A stretch of DNA of 63,273 bases, filler included, from Welwitschia mirabilis (taxonomy: Eukaryota): the NCBI GenBank assembly GCA_051453625.1. It is 3 parts of one record of this genome, joined end to end, with 100 filler letters (N's around TTAATTAATTAA, not from the genome) between each part and the next. Parts side by side here need not be neighbours in the genome. Positions count along the whole stretch, not along the records: positions 45,276 to 63,273 come from JBOZIK010000001.1; 2 more parts are not named here. The stretch is one strand, 5' to 3'. Shown in pieces: positions 52,366-63,273 of the stretch. A program made the translations under genes and the position numbers. The notes under the pieces are model-generated. The model searched no databases and was not told the origin of the DNA. It saw nothing but the letters and a program-made list of their open reading frames with translations. The stretch's first letter is position 1; each line of letters starts with the position of its first letter.

Positions 52366-55300
52366 TGAAGGATCTACAAATCCTAGAGTGGGGTGAATAG
52401 GTTTTTAACAATAATTTTCTTAAACATTATATTAGCACATATAGCAATAATTTTAAATAAACATGAAAAAAACTAGTTAAAAGAATTTAATAAGAGCTAA
52501 CAAAACAAAATAATAGTAATGAAAGAATGAAAAATGTGCACAAGATAAAACAATTTATAGTAGTTTGAAAACCCCCATTACTCCACTCTCAATTATCGGC
52601 TTCAGCCCTAAGCATAATTTGAATCTTTGTTGCTTTTCTTTCAGGTTTCTAAATCCATTTATAACCTTTACAAATGGAATTTTTAAGTCCCAATCTCAAC
52701 CTTTATAGAGCAAATCTTTTAGCGAAGGAAGCATTCATAGATGCATTGCTTCACACGATCTGAAGTAGAATAATGATTGACCACATTGTTTAGAGCAATA
52801 GTTCACAAGTACAAACTCATGCAATGTAGATGTATGCCTCTACTAAAAAGATATCAATAGTACAAATGTCCTTTTCTTAAAAAGATTAGGGGGTAAAAAG
52901 GTTTCTATTCATTTGTTAATGTAGGAGACATGTTCAGTACATAAAAAAATGGATCTGACAGAATAACAACTAGATTTAATGTAGAGTAACATCTAGAAAA
53001 TAGTCAAAAAAGTTCTGCTTCCACTCTGACTATCGATTCCTTAAAACATATGGTCGATTCGATTGATTGATATTAATTAACTTGGTTGACTCCTTTCTTA
53101 TTTGGTCGAAACGAATGACTTATGTTAATTGATTTAATCGACCCTAGCTAATGTCCTGTTGGCCAATCCCTTATAAAATCTAATTGACTGTTTTTACCCA
53201 GGTCTAGTCAACTACCTTTGTATAGGTCTGGTTGCCCCTTTCTAGAATCAAGTTGATCCCTCTTGAATTTTGATAGGTTTTGGAAATGGGATTTTTAAAA
53301 AAACATCCATGCTCATTTGTCCTACAAGGTTTCATCGACCTATAAGTTTAACATATTTAATCTAGAGATAGAATATTAGATTAACATCAATATAACAACA
53401 TAGCTCAATATCTCCCTCTTTGACATTGATGGCAAACTATATATGATTAGAAAAAAATAATACCAATTTAATGGAAGACTTTGTAAACTCCTCCTATCAA
53501 TATGCTATACATGATATTTTAATATATAAAGAATAATGAGAAATATTATTAGATTATACTAAATAATAGAAAATAACAATTAAGATACTATAACATTTGA
53601 GCATTGATTAATAAGCAAGTAATAAAGAAATATTATAGTACTAATAAAGATAGTTATAATATGTTTAAAAATGTAGTGTCTATACCTAAGTATATATAAA
53701 AAAATTATAACAGATATTTGGACATAAGTAGCTTTTAAAAAAATAAGCATGAAGTAATAAACAAGAGTAATAAGACTATATTTTCTCCTCCTTTTGACAT
53801 CGATGACAAAGGAAAGAAACATAAGAAAAATAACTAATTAGAGTCTTCTTCTTCTTCGGATTCTTCCTCTAACTTAGAGTCTTTTTCTTATTCTTTTATT
53901 GCCTTTGTTTAACGAAAACTGTTAGCTTCTTCTGAGGTATCTGCAATGTAATAGCCTACTTCAATAAGAGCTTTCTTCATGTGACAAGTGTGAGAATCTA
54001 ATCTTTTAAAAGAAAAAGAGTTTCATTAGGAGAGTCCTTTTTTGATGAAGAAGATTTGGAGGTAGATTCAGAAATATGCATTCTAGAAAAAGTGGCATAC
54101 CCTATAGATGACATGAAAGTCATAATTTCAAGCTTAGGATGAAACTAAACTTTGAAATGCCTATAGATATTTGCAATGAAAACAGAGTAAGGAAGGGCTC
54201 TAATTTTGTGATATTCAAATTAAGTGACATATTTTTTAGTATAATGGCAGGAGCATCAATGGTATGACCAGTTTCTGCCAAATACAAGAGATATACTCTG
54301 TAGTTTGAGATCTCATCATGATGACTAGCAAGAGACAAAAAATTATAAGTAAAAATAAGATGTAAAAAATAGTATTTTAGAATAAGAGGGGAAGTTGAAA
54401 GAGTGGCTTTTTCTAGATAAAATTTCCACAGATCTCTCAAGTAACTTCAATCTTTGCCCTTCATAGAGTCATCCAGAGACCAAAACTTCACAAAGTAATC
54501 CCTAGAAAGATTTGTGACTGAAAAAATTAAATCTGAGGTTATATTTATCCTTTTTTTCAACATAAGAGTAGAAAGAGTAAAAGAGTCAGCATCATAAGTG
54601 GCATTTACATAAAACATTCTAATAAGCAAAGGATATGAAATGCTAGAAACATTAAGAAAATAAGAAAGATCAAGGTCCTAGAGGAGTCTTACAACATCTC
54701 TTAGTTCCCATAACTTATTTGAAGTAACAACTTGTTTTGACATACTGGCTTCTTCTAAAACTTAAAGGTAAAATGATCTATACTCTTCTAACATGCCTTA
54801 GTAGAAATAAGAAAGATCTCTACTATTGAGCACTTTTTATCTTGATATTCTTAAGGGTCCCTATGCCATTACTATAATCATGGAATTTCTAAAGATAGGA
54901 GAAATATGGAGGAAATAGACAAAAACAAGAAAGACGAGTAAAAAAATAAGTATGAAATGAAAGAGATAGGGCACTAAAGGCTTTTACAATAGAGGCAAAA
55001 TAATTCAGATCTAAGAAAAAGTTTAGGTCCATTTCCTTTCTCTTGTCCTTCTTCCACCTCATCCAATCGATTAAGTCTAGTTAACCCATTGGACCATGAG
55101 TCTAGCCTATCTAGATCTGGTAGAGCAGGGCTTATATATAGTCAGCCTACATTTAAGCAAGCTAATCCTAGAATAAGTCCAAATGACTAAGGAAAAATCT
55201 AGTCTACTGAATTCTCTAGATCTAGTCAATTAGATTATGACTTCTCTAGGTTTAGTTGATCAGATTACAAATCCGATTGACTCGACTTCTTTAGATCTGG

Positions 55301-55785
55301 CTCTAGATTGCAAATCTAGTTGACCACCCTACTTTTAGTTAGAGGATGGTGATCACAACCCCAATTCACATCAAAGATGTAAAAAAAAAAAAAAAAAAAT
55401 CAAAACTCAGGGGTTTTATAAATATATTAGCTAGTTGTTGATCATTTTTTAGAAAATTCATAGTAATATTCACTTTTTTAACTTGATCTTTATGAAAATG
55501 GTACCTAAATTCAATATGTTTAGTACAATACTATTGAATAGGATTTTTCAATATGTTTAGTGCATTAATATTGTCACAGAAGATGGATACCTAGTTATAG
55601 TTGATTCCACAATTATTTAACATTTCCTTCATTCATATAAGATGGGTACAACAACTTCTTGCTGCTATGTATTCTACTTCAATTATGGAAAAAGAGATGG
55701 AGTTTTATTTCTTGCTTGTCCAACCTATTAGATAAGCATTAATGAAGAAATAATTCCCACTTGTACTTTTTTTTATCGTCCTTGC
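52366..55785 (-). mobile_element. 3' part of a SIRE-like copia ('I'): 3' LTR ~52366-53410, multiple PPTs, env-like remnant, RNase H
   Basis: TGAAGGATC...GGGGTGAATAGG; TCTCCCTCTTTGACAT PPTs; LIRMFYVNA env-like fragment; RNase H interrupted within CKDDKKSTSG by the next LTR. Confidence 0.85.
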
Positions 55786-58700
55786 TAAAGGATCTATAAC
55801 CTTAAAGAAGGGCTAAATAGGATTTAAAATTAAACAAATATTTTCATAAGCTATCTCCATAAGAAATGACTACTAAATATTTATGTAAAAAGAAAAATAG
55901 AAAATAATTTGAAAGTAAAAATTAAAAGCACAAAAGTACTAATGAAAATGGACACATGATTAATAGTGGGTCGAGAAACCTCCTACTCCACTCTCGGCAA
56001 TCAGCTTCTACCTAAGCATGATCCAAATCTTCATTAATCACTTTCCAGGTATTTCAAATTCGACTATAACCTTTACAATTGGATTTTTTTGAGGTTCAGT
56101 CTTAGCCTTTAGAAAGCATGCAATGCGGTGACAATGGCATGCTATAATGCACAGGTTCTGCTAAATCTCTAGCCTAGGAATGATATTGATACACTACTTG
56201 AGATGGTAGTACAATCCATAAATGTATAGTGTAACTGATTAACTAAGTACAAATGATAACAACTATTTTATCTTTAGTTAGATACATGATATGCCAATGA
56301 GTTCTACAGTGATTTTTAAAAGTGATAAAGTGATTTTTATTCTTGGCAAATATATAAGAGAATATTTTTAAGGTTTTTACAGTTGAAGATATTTTCTAAT
56401 GGATAAAAATATGTGTTCAAATAGCTAGAAAAATACTGTTTCCATCACAACCTATTGATTATAAAATATTTAGTTAACCTCATCTATTATTATCGCTAAA
56501 GTTGGTCACCTTCATCTTCTTTCGATTGAACTTTATTTCTTATCGCTTCATGTCTGATTAACTCCTTAGGGTCCGTTCGACTACATGTTTGGTTGCTTGC
56601 ATTTTTATCTAGTTAATTCCATGTCTAGGAAGATGCAAAATAGTACTTAAGTCCCAGGTCCAGTTAAACCCTCAAAATTCCCATCAACTCTTTACTAACA
56701 AAGGATGAAAACATCACTCAAGGTCTAGTCAACCCCTCTAGAATCTGATCAATCCCTTCATAATCAAATGTAAAAGATTTGATGCTTAAGTTTGGTTGAT
56801 CCCTCTAAAATCTAGTTGATCCCTTGATGATCAGATGTGAAAGATTTGATGATTAGATCCATTCGATCCCTCTGAAATCCGGTCGACCCCTCTGTAATTA
56901 GTTTTTGACATTTTAAAATTTAGGTTTGGTTGATCCTTTAGAAATCTGATCAACCCCTTTAAGAGTATTAAAACTATCTAGTTCAAGTAAGATTTGTGAC
57001 AAAATATTTTAGCTTCTGACCTATAAGGATCAATATTTTTTGCATAAGATACAACATGTCTTGCTAAACAAAAAATATTAGTTTGACATCAACTTGACAA
57101 ATATTAACTCAGTAATCTTCCCCTTTGACATTGATAGTAAACTATACTTAGTTGAAAATATTAATTGGAAAAATTCCCCCTCAGATAATGCCCATTAAAT
57201 TTGTAAAAGAGTATTAAGCATTTATATTATATTAAACATTTATAAAGGGATTTCAACTTTGAGCAATACATAGCACAATTTTCAGTATAGTTTATGAGGC
57301 ATATAGTCTCCATTGATAGATGTGATAAGTTAATAGTTTAAGAGATATTTAATAAGCATTGATTAATGTAATAAAAATTATGATCCATGATAAATTAAAT
57401 GTACATCAGAATGAAGATAATAGTAATACCAAAAGAATTTTTATTAGTTAATATTGAGTAATACAATAGAAAAGTTCTCATCAAGAGTAATTACAACTTC
57501 ATAAAAACTGAGAAGTACTAATGAAATCAACTAAAAACATCTAATACCATATAATAAAAGCTAAAAATACAACCAACTATTTCTCCCCCTTTTGACATCA
57601 ACGACAAATGAGAGAACGCTGAAAACAAATAAGCACAACATGAAAGCAATAAAGAAGACAAGATCTCAATCAGATTCCTATTCTTCTTCCTCCTTAGATT
57701 CTTCTTCAAAATCTTCTTATTCTTCTTTCTCTTCTTCTTTGGCTGTCTTTACACTGAGCTATTAGCTTTATTAGAAGTGTCAACTATCTCATACCCTATT
57801 GCGATTAGAGCTTCTTTCATGTGTCTTGTATGAGAATCTATCCTCTTTAGGTATTAAAGAGTCTTTTTAGGAGAAGTTTACTTGAGAGAAGAACACTTAG
57901 AGGATCTCATAGATCCTACAAAAATATGTATGCAAGACAAAGTCACACACCTAATGACTGAAATAGGAGTGAGGGTTTCTAACTTTGGAATGTTGGCAAT
58001 TAAAAAGAAATAGGAAAGATTCCTATTCTTGTGATACTCCAACTGAGAGACCATATTTTTCAAAATAATGGCAAGTGCATTAGTAGCATGTCAAGTTCCC
58101 ACCAAATACAACAAATAAGTTCTATAGTTAAAGTTCTTATCATGATGACCTACCAACGATAAAAAATTATAAGTAAAAACTAAGTGTAAAAACCAGTACT
58201 CTGGGGTAAGAAAGGAAGTGGAGAGGATGGTTTTCCACCTATAAAACTTACTATAAAGTTCTCTTATTAGTTATGCCTTATCCTCGATGGAATCACGAAG
58301 GGGCCAAAATTCCTTATAATCTCCTCCAGGAAGATTTGTGATGATACCAATGAGGTTTGTAGTAATCCTAATCTTCTTCTCCAACACAAGGGTTGTTAGG
58401 GTACCATGATCAATATTAAAACATGCATTGCAATATAATATCCTAATGAAGAAAGGGTAAGCTAGCCTGAGACATCAAAAAAATATGAAAGATCAAGCTC
58501 ATTTAAAAGCTTTACCACATCTCAAAGTTCTTTGAGCTCTCTAAAAGTAACAAGCCTTTTTTGGCAAATATGATTCTTCTCAAACTTCTTTGAGAACTTA
58601 TTCATATTTTCATCAGACATTCCAAAGTAAAAATACCTTGGATCTTTACTTGTTAGCTCCTTTTGACACTTTCTTGAGGGATCCTCTACTACTAAAAACA

Positions 58701-59607
58701 CATGGCAATTTTCTGAGAATAAGAAAATTTAAAATAAACGCTAGATCTGAAGGAGATAGGTGTCCAAAAGAGAATGGAAAGGGTTAGGGCTTCACAGGAT
58801 CTTATAAAGAAGGCCAATCAAGTTAGATTTGAGAAAAATTTTGAGTCCACCACCTTAACTTCCATGCTGTAGCCCTATAAGTATAATCAACTAGGTTATG
58901 ATTTAGGTAACCCATTAAGATTTAGGTCATAATACTTTAAGTCTAGAGACTAGTTAATGGATGACTGGATTTTTAGATCGGTTGACTACCCTACAATTAA
59001 TTAGAGGATAGAGAGACAATGTTTAATTCATTACAAAGATGTATAAATTTGTCAAATTTTAGAAGTTTTATGAAAACATTAACAAGTTATCTATCATTAC
59101 TAATAAAATTCATTGAAATATTATCTTTTTCTACTTAATCTCTAAGGAAATGATGTTTCAATTTAATGTGTTCAATTTTAGAGTATTAAAAAAGGTTTTT
59201 AGAAATATTAGTTGTACTTGTGTTGTCACAAAATATTGGAACTTATTTAAAATATACTCCAAAATCTTTTAACATTTCTTTCATCCAAAGAAAATAGATG
59301 CAATAACTCCCTACTACTATATTCTTTGCTTATGCTATTAAAAGTGAGATAGAGTTTTGCTTTTTACTAGTCCATTCTACTAACCTAAAATAAAGTAATT
59401 ACCACTTGTGCTTTTCCTATAATATTACTACCTAGCCTAATCTATATCATTAAATCTTATAAGATGAAAAGATGTTTTTGTTAAATGCCATAATTCATAG
59501 TTACATGTGTTTTTTATGTATCTTATAATTCTTTTGATAGCTTGGAGGTGTAATTCTTTTGGTTGGATCTAATATCTAATACACATGATAACACTAAGTA
59601 TTATATT
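55786..59607 (-). mobile_element. SIRE-like copia ('J') nested in the RNase H of element I: 3' LTR 55786-57114, env-like, RNase H
   Basis: LTR homologous to 52366-53410; PPTs at 57115 and 57581; env-like 57650-58705; RNase H/RT end 59000-59607. Confidence 0.85.
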
Positions 59608-59707
59608 NNNNNNNNNNNNNNNNNNNNNNNNNNNNNNNNNNNNNNNNNNNNNNNNNNNNNNNNNNNNNNNNNNNNNNNNNNNNNNNNNNNNNNNNNNNNN
59701 NNNNNNN

Positions 59708-62700
59708 TGCCTTATCCTCGATGGAATCCCGAAGGGGCCAAAATTCCTTATAATCTCCTCCAAGAAGATTTGTGATGATACCAATGAGGTTTATAGTAAC
59801 CCTGATCTTCTTCTCCAACACAAGGGTTGTTAGGGTACCAGGATCAATATTAAAACATGCATTGCAATATAATATCCTAATGAAGAAAGGGTAAGCTAGC
59901 CCTGAGACATCAAAAAAAATATGAAAGATCAAGCTCATTTAAGATTCTTACCACATTATAGAGTTCTCTTAGCTCTCCAGAAGCAATAGGCCTTTCTTGG
60001 CAAATAGGTTTCTTCTCAAACTTCTCAAAAAACTTTTTACGGTTTTCATTAGATATTCTAAATTAAAAATACCCTAGATTTTTACTTATTGGTCCTTTTA
60101 TCACCTTCTTGATGGACCTCCTATCATAGAAAACACATGGAAACTTCCTGAAGATAATAAAACTTAAAAAAAAAAGGTAGATCTGAAGGAGACAGGTGGT
60201 TAGAAGAGAATGAAAAGGTTGATTAAATTAGATTTGAGAAAAATATTGAGTCCACTACCTTAACTTCCACACTATAAACCTATAGCTTTAGTAAACCTAG
60301 TTATGATCTGATCAACCCATTGAGACTTGGGTCATAATACTTTAGGTCTAAGTAACTAGGCTTCTAGGCCAGTCGATTGACCACATCCGATTAATCGAAC
60401 CAAATATCTGGTTAATCATCCTGCAATTAATTAGAGGATAGAGAGATAACCCCTAGTTTGCTTCGAAGTCTTAGAAAGTTATTAAAGTTTGGGGGTTTAC
60501 TAAAAATATTAGTAAATTGTCTATCAATGCTAATAAAATTTATTAAAATATTATCTTTTTCCACTTGATCTCTAAGAAAATGATGCCTTAATTTAATGTG
60601 TTTAGTTCTAGAATGTTGAACAAGGTTTTTAGATATATTAATTGCACTTGTGTTATCATAAAATATTGAAACTAGTTCAAAATCTACATCAAAATATTTT
60701 AACATTTCATTCATCCAAAGAAGATGGGTATAACAACTAATTATTACTATATACTCTACTTCTGCTTTTGAAAGGAATATAGAGTATTGCTTTTTACTAG
60801 TCCATCCTATTAAGCATAATCCTAAAAGAAATTAATTGCCACTTGTGTTTTTCCTATCATCTTTATGCCCAGCCTAATCTATATCACTAAATCCTACAAC
60901 ATTAAAAGATCTTTCTATTTAATACCATAATCCATAGTCACATGTGCCTTTTATGTATCTTATAATTCGTTTGATCTCTTAGAGGTGTGATTCTTTTGGT
61001 TTGATCTGATATCTAGCACACATAACAACACTAAACATTATATTAGATTTACTTGTAGTTAGATAACCAGACTTCTTATCATACTTCTATAAAGTTTTTG
61101 GTGTATAGATTTTCCATGTTCATCAAGACTAACTTTACAAGAAGTAAACAGAGGTGTGTCACTTAATTTTTCATTCTCTAGCCTAAATTATTTGATCAAA
61201 TTCTTTGCATATTTAGATTGAGATATGAAAATCTCTTTTTTTTTTTTGGTTTTTTTGATTTGTAGGCTAAGAAGCATTCTAATTTCATGAAGCATACTCA
61301 TTTCAAAATGTATTTCATTATGCTATCAAATTATTTTGATAAAACTTCGTTTAAGGTACCAAAATTATGTCATCTACATAAATTTACATAATAATAAAGT
61401 TCTTTCTTAGATTCTTGACAAATAATATTTTATCTACACAAATATAACCATCTTTAGTTAAAAATGTAACTAATTTTTCATACCAAGTTCTTTGAGCTTG
61501 CTTTAAATCATATAAGGCCTTTTTAAGTTTATATACATAGTTTGGTTTATAGGGATTTATATAACCTTAAGGTTGTTTCACATAAACCTCTACGTTAAGG
61601 GTTCCATTTAAAAAGGCACTTTTCACATCCGTTTGATAAACTTTAATATTCTTAAAGGCTCATAAGATAGAAACATTCTAATACTATTTAGCTTAGCTAC
61701 AGGAGCAAAAGTATGACTTACATCAATACCTTTAATTTGGTTGTAGCCTTGTGCCACTAATCTTGCTTTATTCTTAATTACATTATTTTTGTTATCAACT
61801 TGTTTTTGAAAATCCATTTTGTCCCAATAACATTTTTGTCCTTTGGTTGTTCAATAGGTTTTCACACATCATTCCTTTTAAATTGTTGCGACTCATCTTA
61901 CATTGCCATCATCCACTCTTTGTGTGATTCTACCTCTTTAAAGTTTTTAGATTTAACTTGAGAGAAATGTGAGCATGAAAATTTTGCAGAGAGTTCCTTG
62001 TTCTAATCTTTGAGTTATCTAATGATGGACCCTAAAGGATGATCTTTTATCTCTTTAAACTTTTTGGTAGTAACTTCTTTATTTGTCTCTTCTTCTTTTT
62101 TGGTTGAAAATTTGTTTATTGTAGAAGTGTTTGGAGTTAATTTTTCTTCATCATTTGAAGGAAGAGGTCTTATGCTAAAAAACATCTATTTGTACATTTA
62201 TTGATTCTTCCACTATTAGACTTCTTTTGTTGAACACTCAATAAGCTCTACTTCTAGTTGAGTACCCATATAAGATTACTTTATCAACATTTAATTCAAA
62301 TTTACTCAAGTGTTCTCTATCCTTTAAAATAAAGCACTTACTCCTAAAGACTTTAAACTATAAAATTTTTGGTTTTCTTTCTTTTCAAAGCTCATAGGAA
62401 GTTTTATTCATCCCTAGTCTAAGGTAGACTTTCTTTATGATGTAACAACTAGTTCTTATAGGTTCAACCCAAAAAGTTTTAGGAACCTATTTATAATTTA
62501 ACATAGTTCTAACCATTTCTTAGAGGACTCAGTTTTTTCTCTTAGCAATTCCATTTTATTGAGGAATTTTTGGGGCTGAGAATTGATGTTCAATACTGTT
62601 GTCAACACAATACTTTTCAAACAAATGGTTTTCAAACTCTCCTCTATGATCGCTTCTACTTTTCTTAATGTTGTAGCCTTTTTTGTTTTGGATTTGGTTG

Positions 62701-63273
62701 CAAATTTAAACTCAAATTTTATATGTTTTAGCTTTGTTACAAGAATGGCAACCTAAGTAAATATTGAGTAGTCATTAACCATAGTTAAAAAATAATGTCT
62801 TCCTCCTAGAATTTTTATTTGGGTTGGACCTACCAAGTTTATATGAATAAGGTTAATAGGCATTATTGTGGAAACTAGATTTTTGCTTTTATAAGAGGAC
62901 CTATCTTATTTCCCTTTTTAACATGCATCATAAAGACCATGTTTTTTAGTATTAATTTTTGGAATTCCTTTCAAAATTTTTTTTTAATAATTATTTTCAG
63001 ATGATCATAATTTACGTGTCCTAAATGTTGATGCCATAGTTCTTCTTGATTTACATAAGAAAAATAACATGCAAAAAAAAAAGTAATCAATACTATAAAC
63101 ATTATCTATTCTACTTGCCTTAAAAATAACATCATTCATTTTTCCATGTCAAACTTTGTATTTTATACTATCAAAAATAACTTTGTATCCTTTGTCACAA
63201 ATTTGATTAATGATAAGTAAATTATGCTGAAGGCCATTAATGTATTAAATCTCATTTATCTTAAGCATGTTAC
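59708..63273 (-). mobile_element. SIRE-like copia internal region (partial env-like, RNase H, RT, integrase), running off the right edge
   Basis: DNTSAINISKN...HSRTKHI (60427-60714), YVDD (~61371), [12 protein letters not shown] (61623-61817), RSDHRGEFEN (~62630-62657). Repeats 58275-59607 across a gap. Confidence 0.88.

Overview
AT-rich, CpG-depleted land-plant nuclear DNA from a gapped short-read scaffold; about 85% is decayed transposon. The only host gene is a block of six in-frame GT-AG exons (5933-7188, minus strand) of mitochondrial trans-2-enoyl-ACP/CoA reductase (MECR). Its first and last exons are not visible here. Just upstream lies an antisense, internally deleted fragment of organellar methionyl-tRNA synthetase fused to a 93-bp tandem repeat. 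Most of the window is a nested retrotransposon pile. Three insertions are bounded by exact 5-bp TSDs: Sirevirus/SIRE-like Ty1/copia elements at 16704-37889 (CTACT) and 18501-26605 (ATTTC), and an apparent solo LTR at 29902-30933 (CAAAG). They sit inside a Tat/Ogre-type gypsy LTR, which itself truncates a Tork-like copia. There are further truncated SIRE-like copies, LINE remnants and non-autonomous hAT elements (one with an exact 8-bp TSD). The least explained structure is a ~2.46-kb imperfect inverted repeat (48721-51179) with asymmetric CpG decay and a re-duplicated loop. I see no intact novel protein system. All identities and divergences are by-eye estimates; no searches were run.
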